Shown one piece after another: positions 18,450 through 26,668 of a stretch of 64,000 nt of DNA. Origin of the DNA: an uncultured Gemmatimonadales bacterium (GTDB taxonomy: Bacteria; Gemmatimonadota; Gemmatimonadetes; Longimicrobiales; RSA9); contig CAVUKA010000001.1 of assembly GCA_963741945.1 (NCBI GenBank), positions 160,001 through 224,000 of the forward strand. Reading direction: 5' to 3'. The number at the start of each line of letters is the position of its first letter. Within the stretch, counting starts at the first letter, position 1. A model generated the notes under the pieces. It saw nothing but the letters and a program-made list of their open reading frames with translations, made no database searches and was not told where the DNA came from. A program made the position numbers and the translations under genes.

Positions 18450-20393
18450 TCAGCCTCCCAGGATCAACAGGACGAGAAGGATGCCCAGCCCCACCATGAT
18501 GAGGCGGTAATACTGGTGGGCGAGCCCCGTCTGGAGCCGCCGGGCCCACGAGCCCGCGCGGCCCACCAGCCGGGACAGGCCCTCCGGAGCGCCGTCGATG
18601 AGGACTTCCGCCCCCCGCTTCCCGGCCACGGCCAGCCGGGCCGCGGCATCGGCCGCCCACCACACCGTTCCATCCACGACGGCATCATCGAACCGGGCGA
18701 GCAGGCGAGCGCTGTCCCGCGCCACGCCGGGCAGCAGCCACACCGCCCGGTCCAGCACGCCATCATCGAAGCGCGCGAGCAGGTCGGCACACCGCTGAGC
18801 GGGCCGCGCGATGACGAGCCGGGCCAGCGCGGGGAGCCCGAGCCAGTCGGCGGCCGGCGCAGCACCGGCCTCCCCCAGCCGCGGCCGGAAACGCGCAACC
18901 GCCCAGCCGATCGCCACTCCGACCGTGACCAGGAGCAGTGAAGCCGCGAGCTCCCACGCCTCGCTCGACGGCACGATCCCCGCCAGCGCCTCCGCGACTC
19001 GCTGCGCCACGGGCGCGGCCCAGAGCAGCGAGAGCAGTGCGGTGGCGGCCGCGAGCAGGTAGAGCGCCCCGCGTTCTGCCGTGCGCGGCGGGCGGCCGCT
19101 CTCCCCCTCCCCGCACCCCGCTCCGCCGCGGCCGAACGCCTGGAACCAGAAGCGGGCCATGTAGGCGGCCGAAAGTCCACCGGCGATGCTCACGGCCACC
19201 GCCAGCCACGGGGAAGCGTGCCCGGCCGCGGTCACCACCTCCTCCTTCGTCCAGGCGGCTCCGAGGGGGGGCACACCGGCCAGCGCGGCCGCGGGGAGCG
19301 CGGAGGCAATGGCCACCCCGGGCAGCGCGCGCCCCAGCTTCATCCCGGGCAGGCGATAGCTGCCCGTGCAGCCGTGAGCGACTCCCGAGGCGAGGAAGAG
19401 CGGCGCCTTCGCCAGTGCGTGGGCGACGAGGTGGAGCACCGCCACGGCGGGATACCCGGCGCCCACGGCTACGAACATCAGGCCGTAATGGGCGGAGGTG
19501 GAGCCGGCCAGAAGTCGCTTGGCATGGGGCTGGAGGAGGGCGACGAGCCCGCCCGCCAGTGCCGTGGTCACGCCCACCGCCATGGCCGCCGGCCCGAACC
19601 AGGCCACACCGCCGAGCACCGGCTCCAGTCGGATAAGCAGGAACGCCCCGGCGGCCACCATGGTGGCCGCGTGGAGCAGCGTGGAGACGGTCACCGGCCC
19701 TTCCATGGCCGCGAACAGCCACGGCGCAAACGGCAGCTGCGCCGACTTCGCCGCGGCCGCGGCCAGCAGCCCCGCCGCTACCAGGTGGAGCGGCAGCCCG
19801 GTAAGGCCGGGCAGCGCCCCGTAGCGCAGCGAACCCGCACCGGCGAACGCAGCGACCACGGCCAGGAACATCCCCAGGTCGCCCGCGCGCGTGGTGAGGA
19901 AGACCACCGCCCCCGCCCTCGCCTTCCCGCGCTCCCACCACCCGTGGGCCACCAGCAGCGCCGAGCAGGCGCCGATCACTTCCCAGCCGACCACCAGCGT
20001 GAGCAGGTCCGCCGCCCCCGCAACCAGCTCCATGGCCCCCGCGAAGAACGTGAGCAGCACCAGCAGACGCCGCAGTCCTCGCGCCTCCTCGTGGTAGGCC
20101 GCGTACGCCACCACCGGGGCGGCGACCAGCGGTACCAGGACGGCGAAGATCGGCACCACCGGCGAGGTCCCATAGGCGTAATCCAGCGACAGGCCCAAGT
20201 CGGCCGCCCACAGAAGCCGACCGGTCCAGCCATGGACGCCCGCCAGCCCGGCCAGTGCGGCGGTGGCGACCATGGTTCCCGTGCTCAGCACGGCCAGCGG
20301 CGCTCGCCCACCCCTCCCATCTCCACGGGCGAGCCCCGTCAGCCCCAGCAGCAGGGCGCCGAAGACCGGAAGCAGGGGAACCAGCCAGGCCAT
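18450..20393 (-). CDS. nuoL: NuoL-like antiporter subunit
   Basis: GWEVIG, AKSAQLPFAPWLFAAMEGP..VSTLLHAATMVAAG, HALAKAPLF, WTKE, long lateral helix ending RLQTG. Confidence 0.88.
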   Translation of the reverse strand: MAWLVPLLPVFGALLLGLTGLARGDGRGGRAPLAVLSTGTMVATAALAGLAGVHGWTGRLLWAADLGLSLDYAYGTSPVVPIFAVLVPLVAAPVVAYAAYHEEARGLRRLLVLLTFFAGAMELVAGAADLLTLVVGWEVIGACSALLVAHGWWERGKARAGAVVFLTTRAGDLGMFLAVVAAFAGAGSLRYGALPGLTGLPLHLVAAGLLAAAAAKSAQLPFAPWLFAAMEGPVTVSTLLHAATMVAAGAFLLIRLEPVLGGVAWFGPAAMAVGVTTALAGGLVALLQPHAKRLLAGSTSAHYGLMFVAVGAGYPAVAVLHLVAHALAKAPLFLASGVAHGCTGSYRLPGMKLGRALPGVAIASALPAAALAGVPPLGAAWTKEEVVTAAGHASPWLAVAVSIAGGLSAAYMARFWFQAFGRGGAGCGEGESGRPPRTAERGALYLLAAATALLSLLWAAPVAQRVAEALAGIVPSSEAWELAASLLLVTVGVAIGWAVARFRPRLGEAGAAPAADWLGLPALARLVIARPAQRCADLLARFDDGVLDRAVWLLPGVARDSARLLARFDDAVVDGTVWWAADAAARLAVAGKRGAEVLIDGAPEGLSRLVGRAGSWARRLQTGLAHQYYRLIMVGLGILLVLLILGG

Positions 20394-20397
20394 CGCG

Positions 20398-20703
20398 TCA
20401 GCCTTCCAGGGTGTCCAGCCCCTCGGTGGTGTCGGCCTGACGGTTCCGGTAGACCGCCACCACCAGCGCGAACCCCATCGCCATCTCCACTGCCATGATC
20501 GCCATGATGACGATCGCCAGCAGCTGTCCCCGGGGCGCGAAGCCCGACGCCATGGCCCAGAACGCCACGGTCGCCAGGATCAGCCCGTTCAGGATCAGCT
20601 CCAGCCCCATCATCAGCATCACGAACGACTGCTGCGAAAGCGCGCCGTACACGCCGATCCCCACCAGCACGGCCGCAACCACCAGGAGCGCCGGCAACGT
20701 CAT
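20398..20703 (-). CDS. nuoK: NuoK-like subunit
   Basis: 101 aa, three TM helices, MGLELILNG and AVEMAMGFALVVAVYR keep both conserved Glu. Confidence 0.88.
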   Translation of the reverse strand: MTLPALLVVAAVLVGIGVYGALSQQSFVMLMMGLELILNGLILATVAFWAMASGFAPRGQLLAIVIMAIMAVEMAMGFALVVAVYRNRQADTTEGLDTLEG

Positions 20704-21266
20704 GGCCGCCTCCCTGTCGGCTCGCCGCCAGGCTCCAGCCCGGGCGGGCGCGATCCCACGTCGGCGGGGCCGTAACGGCCGCGTCGGCTGGAGAGGATGA
20801 CAGTGCCGATCATGGCGGCGAGGAGCGTGACGCCGGCGGACTCGAAAACGAGCATGGAGCTGCCGAGGAGCTCGACGCCCAGGGCGGCGATCGGGTCGGC
20901 GGGCGGCGTCGAGCCCGCCCGGTGGAACGGAACGCCCAGCCCGACCGCCGCGAGGATGCCGCCCACGCCGACAGCGGCGGCCAGGGCGGTCGCGGGCTGG
21001 TGGACCATGTTCATCGGGTTGAGCCCGGCCGGGTTCATCATGAACATGACCATGAACAGGGCCATGACCATCATCTCGACGGCCATCATGAAGATGAGTG
21101 CGAAGCCGAGGTAGGGCGCGGCCAGGAGCAGGAGGATGGCGGCGACGGCCACGAACGACGTGAGCAGGTAGAAGGAGGCGCGAACCATGGAATCGGTGCG
21201 GAACACCCGCCAGCCGGTGACGATGGCGAGCGCGGCGAAAGCCCAGAACAGCGCGTCGATCGCCAT
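20700..21266 (-). CDS. nuoJ: NuoJ-like subunit, Met-rich
   Basis: MAIDALFWAF...; FESAGVTLLAAMIGTVIL matches the last NuoJ TM; TGATG overlap with nuoH. Confidence 0.8.
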   Translation of the reverse strand: MAIDALFWAFAALAIVTGWRVFRTDSMVRASFYLLTSFVAVAAILLLLAAPYLGFALIFMMAVEMMVMALFMVMFMMNPAGLNPMNMVHQPATALAAAVGVGGILAAVGLGVPFHRAGSTPPADPIAALGVELLGSSMLVFESAGVTLLAAMIGTVILSSRRGRYGPADVGSRPPGLEPGGEPTGRRP

Positions 21267-22198
21267 CAGAACAGGGCCACGAGGCCGGCTTCCAGGAGCC
21301 CCAGGAACGAAAGCGGGAGCAGGCCCAGCCAGACCAGGGAGACCACGCGCTCCGTGGCGATGCGGGCCGTGCTCCTGCCGAGGAAGGCGAGCAGCGTCAG
21401 GACGGCCAGCGTCTTGACGGCGAGCCAGACCGGTCCCGGAAGCCACGGCCCCAGCCACCCACCCAGGAACACCGTGGCCGCCACGGCGGAGAACGCCACG
21501 AGCATCGCGCGCCGGGCGAACTCCCAGACGAGCCTCGAAATGCCCGAGACCTCGGATGACGCCCCGCCCGCCAGGTCCGCGCTGTCGGCGAAATCGAGCG
21601 GTCCCCAGAAGGCGACGCCGAGCCCGACGAAGAGGAAGAGCGGCAGTCCGAGGGGCTGTCGGACCACGTTCCACACCCCGTGCTGGGACTCGACGATCGC
21701 CGACAGCCTCAGCGATTCCGCCGGGAGCGCGGCCGCGATGAGGACGAACATGCTCACCAGCATGTAGGTCAGCCCGAGGGCGACGTAGCGGTATCCGCCG
21801 ATCAGCGACAGGTGCGCGTTCGCGGCCCAGCCGTGAAGGAAGATGACCACCACCGCCAGTGCCTCGACGGAGCCCCAGAGCACGATCCCGGCGGCGACAT
21901 CCGCCGGCGCCAGCGCGCTCGACCATGGCACTGCCGCCAGCCCCACCACCGCCAGCGCCAGGTAGAGCGAAGGCGCCAGCATCCAGGCGGGCGCGTCGGG
22001 CCGCTCGGTCCGGTTCCGCTGCTGCACCAGCAGGAAGGCCGCCTCCCGGAGCGGAGCCAGGAGAACCGGCCCCGACGAGCGACCGGCCACGGCCGCCGCG
22101 GCGAGCCGGTCCAGGATGGCAAAGCCCCACACGCCGGCCAGTGCGGCGGCGGCGAGCACCCCCACGGTCGTAGCCGTCCCCGCCGTGGCCGGAATCAT
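21266..22198 (-). CDS. nuoH: NuoH-like subunit (divergent)
   Basis: GWAANAHLSLIGGYR, SLRLSAIVESQ.GVWNVVRQPLG, TVFLGGWLGP, VKTL; ATGA overlap with the upstream gene. Confidence 0.82.
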   Translation of the reverse strand: MIPATAGTATTVGVLAAAALAGVWGFAILDRLAAAAVAGRSSGPVLLAPLREAAFLLVQQRNRTERPDAPAWMLAPSLYLALAVVGLAAVPWSSALAPADVAAGIVLWGSVEALAVVVIFLHGWAANAHLSLIGGYRYVALGLTYMLVSMFVLIAAALPAESLRLSAIVESQHGVWNVVRQPLGLPLFLFVGLGVAFWGPLDFADSADLAGGASSEVSGISRLVWEFARRAMLVAFSAVAATVFLGGWLGPWLPGPVWLAVKTLAVLTLLAFLGRSTARIATERVVSLVWLGLLPLSFLGLLEAGLVALF

Positions 22199-23301
22199 GC
22201 CCCGCCTTCCGCTGTGGGAGTCAGGTCGGCGGCCACCACCACCAGGCACGCCTCGCTCCACTCGAGGCCGGGCAGGTGCTCCGCCAGCCACGCGGCCGCA
22301 TCCGCATGGCCGCCGGCCACCGCGTTGTCGAACGCCGCCGGATCGCCGGCCGCCGTGGACAGGAGGCCATGCAGGTGCGAGCGGACCGTGCCGCCCCCGG
22401 GCAGGGGCACGGCCGGGAGCGCGGGCAGCGTGGCGCCGAAGCGCACCAGCGACTGGAGCCGGCGCACGCGGGACGCGGTGAGGTCGGGGGCGAGCGCGGC
22501 CGTGAGCGCGCGGTCGGCCAGGGCGTGCGCGCCCGCCATGTCCAGGATCCAGGCCGCGCGACGCAGGCGGACGCGCGCCCCGGCCACGTCCACGTCCGCG
22601 CGGCGAGCGGAAGCGCGGCCCCCACCATCGCTTACGGCCGAAACGGCCCGGGGGTACGGTGGCTCCAGGAGCTCCGCCTCCTGCACCACGTCGCCCTGGA
22701 GCACGAGCCGGAGCACGAGTCCGGGGGGGAACGACGGAAAGAAGGGACCGATGGTGAAGGAGAGCTGATCGAGGGCGAGACCATCGCGGATGTCGTCGGC
22801 CGTCATGGCCATCGGGCGACCGTACGGCTTCCCCCCCATCATCCCTTCCCCGCCCTGCCCGTGATCGCCGAGTCCGCGCCACGGGTTCGGCGGGCGGTCC
22901 GGCAGCCACGCCGGCTCGGACGCTCGATCCCCGCGCAGCACTGCGCTGTGGAGCCCCCGCAGCGCGGGGAGCGGATCGTCGTCACCGGGGACCACCTGGC
23001 CGCTGGCGACCGACGCGCCCCCGCCGTGAAGATCCGGCTGTGGCGCGTCATCGCCCCAGTACAGCGTGGCCCGGGGGTGCGGGATCTGGTCGTGGACGCG
23101 GGCGAGCGCGGCCCCGAATCGTGACGGCACCCAGCCCGCCACCATCAGGATCGTCGCATGCCGTGGCGATCGGACGAGCCGCAGGTCGCGCCGGAGCGAA
23201 AGCGCCTCCACCCGGTCCCCTGCCCCCTCGCCGATGGCCGGGAAGATGGGCACCGGGGCGGCCGCTGCCATGGCCCCAAGCCAGCGGCGCAGCGCGCTCA
23301 C
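22195..23301 (-). CDS. Compact NuoB/NuoD-like fusion protein lacking Fe-S ligands
   Basis: SPRHATILMVAG...ALARVHDQIPHPR and VVPGDDD are NuoB-like; IGPFFPSFPPGLVLRLVLQGDVV and LPGLEWSEACLVVVAADL are NuoD-like; GTG start overlaps the nuoA stop. Confidence 0.72.
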   Translation of the reverse strand: MSALRRWLGAMAAAAPVPIFPAIGEGAGDRVEALSLRRDLRLVRSPRHATILMVAGWVPSRFGAALARVHDQIPHPRATLYWGDDAPQPDLHGGGASVASGQVVPGDDDPLPALRGLHSAVLRGDRASEPAWLPDRPPNPWRGLGDHGQGGEGMMGGKPYGRPMAMTADDIRDGLALDQLSFTIGPFFPSFPPGLVLRLVLQGDVVQEAELLEPPYPRAVSAVSDGGGRASARRADVDVAGARVRLRRAAWILDMAGAHALADRALTAALAPDLTASRVRRLQSLVRFGATLPALPAVPLPGGGTVRSHLHGLLSTAAGDPAAFDNAVAGGHADAAAWLAEHLPGLEWSEACLVVVAADLTPTAEGGA

Positions 23302-23678
23302 TGCCACCGGAAGATCCCTTCGCGCCAGCCGTAGACAATGCCGACCGAGAGGATCGTGAGGAACATCCCCATCTCGACGAGCGCCTTGATCCCCTCGCGG
23401 ACGTAGACCACGGCCCACGGATACATGAACATCATCTCCATCTCGAACGCGATGAAGAGCAGGGTCATGGAGTAGAACCGCACGTGGTAGCGGCTCCACG
23501 CGTGCGTCGCCGGCTCACCACCGCCGAGGAACGGCGCCTTCTGCGGCCCGGTCAGCGCACGCCGGTCGGCGCGGGTCAGCCCCAGCTGCACGGCAAGCGC
23601 AAAAGCGGCCGCCGTCCCGAACACGATGAGCAGGTTGAGGAGCATGCGCATTTGATTCCGTTTGCGCGCCGCAAGCAT
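23298..23678 (-). CDS. nuoA: NuoA-like subunit (start may be 23651 or 23645)
   Basis: PFLGG...YHVRFYSMTLLFIAFEMEMMFMYPWAV...YGWREGIFRW; GGAGG RBS. Confidence 0.85.
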   Translation of the reverse strand: MLAARKRNQMRMLLNLLIVFGTAAAFALAVQLGLTRADRRALTGPQKAPFLGGGEPATHAWSRYHVRFYSMTLLFIAFEMEMMFMYPWAVVYVREGIKALVEMGMFLTILSVGIVYGWREGIFRWQ

Positions 23679-23821
23679 TGTTCCTCCCTGCACGAGGGCT
23701 TTGCACCGCCTGGCAACCGCCTCGGTGGCGCTGCTGGCGCGCGCGGGCGCCGGTTGCCGACTAGCCCGCCCACGCCGCCGTCGCACTGGTCCCGCCCCGG
23801 CCGGCGCGCTACGCTGTAGCC

Positions 23822-25057
23822 ATGGCACAACCGAACGTGCTGGCGATCGTCCTCGCCGGAGGCGAGGGGAAGCGGCTGCAGCCGCTCACGCGGGACCGGA
23901 CCAAGCCGGCGGTCCCGTTCGGCGGAGACTACCGGCTCATCGATTTCGCCCTCTCGAACCTGGCCAACGCCGGCTTCCTGCACATTGTCGTGCTGACGCA
24001 GTACAAGAGCCACAGCCTGGACGTGCACCTGGGGAAGGCGTGGCGCATGTCGCCGATCCTGGGCAACTACGTCATCTCCGTGCCCGCCCAGATGCGGACG
24101 GGGCCGCAGTGGTTCGCGGGCTCCGCCGACGCCATCTACCAGAACCTGAACCTGATCGGCGACGAGCGGCCGGAGCACGTCATCGTCTTCGGCGCGGACC
24201 ACATCTACCGCATGGACCCGCGCCAGATGCTGGACGAGCACGTGGAAAGCGGCGCCGGCGTGACCGTGGCCGGGATCCGGGTCCCCCGCTCCCTGGCCAG
24301 CCAGTTCGGCATCATCGAGCCTTCCGCCGACCGCCGGCGCATCGAGCGCTTCCGGGAGAAGCCGCCCGAGGCCGAGGGGCTCCCCGACGCGCCGGACCAG
24401 GTCTTCGCCTCCATGGGCAACTACCTCTTCCGCACGGACACGCTCGTGGAGATGGTCACCCGTGACGCCGAGGACCCGGACTCCCGGCACGACATCGGCG
24501 GCGACATCATCCCCCGGCTCGTGGACGCGGCCGACGCCCACGTCTACGACTTCGCCGACAACGACGTCCCCGGCGCCACCGACCGCGACCGCGGCTACTG
24601 GCGCGACGTGGGGACGCTGGAAGCGTACTACGACGCCCAGATGGACCTGGTCTCCGTCGATCCCATCTTCAATCTCTACAACCGGCAGTGGCCGATCCTC
24701 ACCGCGCGGGACCCCGCTCCGCCGGCCAAGTTCGTCTTCGCCTCCCACGGCCGCACCGGCCACGCCCTGGACTCCATGATCTCCGCGGGCGTGGTCATCT
24801 CCGGCGGCGAGGTGCGCCGCTCCGTGCTCTCCCCCGGCGTCTACGTGCACAGCTACGCCAGCGTCGAGGACTCGGTCCTCATGCACAACGTGGACGTGGG
24901 CCGCCACGCCATCGTCCGGAATGCCATCATCGACAAGAACGTGCGCATCCCAAGGGGCGCCCGCATCGGGGTGGATCCGGAAGTGGACGCCGCCCGGTTC
25001 CATGTCACGGAGCGTGGCATTGTCGTCATCGGCAAGGGCCAGACGGTGGCGCCGTGA
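23822..25057 (+). CDS. glgC: Glucose-1-phosphate adenylyltransferase
   Basis: [42 protein letters not shown]. Confidence 0.96.
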   Translation: MAQPNVLAIVLAGGEGKRLQPLTRDRTKPAVPFGGDYRLIDFALSNLANAGFLHIVVLTQYKSHSLDVHLGKAWRMSPILGNYVISVPAQMRTGPQWFAGSADAIYQNLNLIGDERPEHVIVFGADHIYRMDPRQMLDEHVESGAGVTVAGIRVPRSLASQFGIIEPSADRRRIERFREKPPEAEGLPDAPDQVFASMGNYLFRTDTLVEMVTRDAEDPDSRHDIGGDIIPRLVDAADAHVYDFADNDVPGATDRDRGYWRDVGTLEAYYDAQMDLVSVDPIFNLYNRQWPILTARDPAPPAKFVFASHGRTGHALDSMISAGVVISGGEVRRSVLSPGVYVHSYASVEDSVLMHNVDVGRHAIVRNAIIDKNVRIPRGARIGVDPEVDAARFHVTERGIVVIGKGQTVAP

Positions 25058-26250
25058 AAGTGGCGCTCTGCACACGGGAGTACCCGCCGGACGTCTACGG
25101 CGGCGCGGGAGTCCACGTGGAGCACATGGCCCGCGCCCTGGCCGACCTCGCCGACGTGGCGGTCCACTGCTTCGGCCCGCCCCGGCCCGACCCGCTGGTG
25201 GCCGCCACCTACCAGCCGTGGGACGCGCTGGATGGCGGGGCCCCGCACCTGGCCGCGCTGCGCACGTTCTCCGTGGACCTCTCCATGGCCGCGGGCGTCC
25301 GTGGCGCGGACGTGGTGCACACGCACACGTGGTACGCCAACCTGGCCGGCCACCTGGCGAAGCTCACGTACGGCACCCCGCACGTCATGACCAGCCACAG
25401 CCTGGAGCCGCTCCGGCCGTGGAAGGAGGAGCAGCTGGGCGGCGGCTACCGCCTCTCCCTCTGGGCCGAGCGCACGGCCGTGGAAGCCGCCGACGCGGTC
25501 ATCGCCGTCTCACGGGGCATGCGCGACGACATCCTCCGCTGCTACCCCGCCGTGGCGCCGGAGCGCGTGCACGTCATCCACAACGGCGTGGATGCCGACG
25601 TGTACCGGCCGGATGCCGGCCGTGACGCGCTGGCGCCCCTCGGCATCGATCCAGACCGGCCCACCACCGCCTTCGTGGGACGGATCACCCGCCAGAAAGG
25701 CCTGCCGCACCTGCTGGACGCCGCGGAGCTGCTCGTGGAAGGGAGTCAGCTGGTCCTCTGCGCCGGGGCGCCGGACACCGAAGAGATCGGCCGCGAGGTG
25801 GCCGCGCGGGTGGACGCGCTCCGCTCGGCCGGGCGCCTCTCCGTCGTCTGGATCCCGGAAATGCTGCCGCCGCAGCAGGTGACCCAGGTCCTGGCCGCCT
25901 CCACGGTCTTCGTCTGCCCGTCCATCTACGAGCCGTTCGGGATCGTGAACCTGGAGGCCATGGCGTGCGGCACACCCGTCGTCGCTTCCGCCGTGGGCGG
26001 GATCCCCGAGATCGTGCTGGATTCGGAGACGGGGTGGCTCGTCCCGTTCGAGCAGGGCGACGATGCCTTCGGCTCACCGGCCGACCCCCCGGCGTTCGCC
26101 CGTGACCTGGCAGCCCGGATCAACGCGCTCCTCGAAGACCCGGAAGCAGCCGCGGCCATGGGCCGGGCAGCACGGGAGCGGGCACTGGCCGACTTCGGCT
26201 GGCCGGCCATCGCCGAGCGGGTCCTCACCCTCTACCGCTCGCTGATCTGA
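25054..26250 (+). CDS. glgA: GT4 glycogen synthase / alpha-maltose-1-phosphate synthase (actinobacterial GlgA/GlgM type)
   Basis: [59 protein letters not shown] overlap with glgC. Confidence 0.9.
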   Translation: MKVALCTREYPPDVYGGAGVHVEHMARALADLADVAVHCFGPPRPDPLVAATYQPWDALDGGAPHLAALRTFSVDLSMAAGVRGADVVHTHTWYANLAGHLAKLTYGTPHVMTSHSLEPLRPWKEEQLGGGYRLSLWAERTAVEAADAVIAVSRGMRDDILRCYPAVAPERVHVIHNGVDADVYRPDAGRDALAPLGIDPDRPTTAFVGRITRQKGLPHLLDAAELLVEGSQLVLCAGAPDTEEIGREVAARVDALRSAGRLSVVWIPEMLPPQQVTQVLAASTVFVCPSIYEPFGIVNLEAMACGTPVVASAVGGIPEIVLDSETGWLVPFEQGDDAFGSPADPPAFARDLAARINALLEDPEAAAAMGRAARERALADFGWPAIAERVLTLYRSLI

Positions 26251-26295
26251 GGCAGCGGCAGGACGCGCGCCCCGGAGAGACGGGGCCCGGCGGCG

Positions 26296-26334
26296 CGGAT
26301 GAGGCTCCCGGATTCGCTCCGGGAGCCTCATCCG
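26296..26334 (+). terminator. Perfect 17-bp hairpin, likely terminator of glgC-glgA
   Basis: CGGATGAGGCTCCCGGA-TTCGC-TCCGGGAGCCTCATCCG followed by TTT. Confidence 0.75.
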
Positions 26335-26440
26335 TTTCCGGAAGCACCGCCCTCCCAACGCTCCGTGCGTCCAATGTGTCACACTTCTCCCCGGGCGCGC
26401 GTTTGCCTGGCGGTACCGCAGCGTGCAGATTGCGGTGATA

Positions 26441-26456
26441 TTGACCGCTCGGTCTA
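26441..26456. promoter_or_regulatory. Candidate palindromic operator upstream of susC
   Basis: TTGACCG-CT-CGGTCTA in an AT-richer patch next to TATACA. Confidence 0.4.
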
Positions 26457-26668
26457 TACATCAAGGACACGAATCCGTGGACCATCCGGCATGGCGCCGG
26501 AGAGAGGAGGCGAGCCAGCGATCGAACGCTACCGATCCCCCCAAACAAGACGTGTGTGAGAAAGGAGCGCCCCCGCGCAGGCGGGCGAGGGCGAAGCGTG
26601 GCATGTGGCATCGGCGCGTGAAGGGCCGGTGGCGCGGTGCCACGGACACATAGCAAGGAGAACGAGGG

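Noticed and set aside
15542-23678. Reading the operon as a canonical NADH dehydrogenase, a group 4 hydrogenase or an Mrp antiporter
   Set aside because: No NuoC/E/F/G/I, no NiFe CxxC motifs, no Fe-S ligands, and NuoA/H are present while MrpE/F/G are not.
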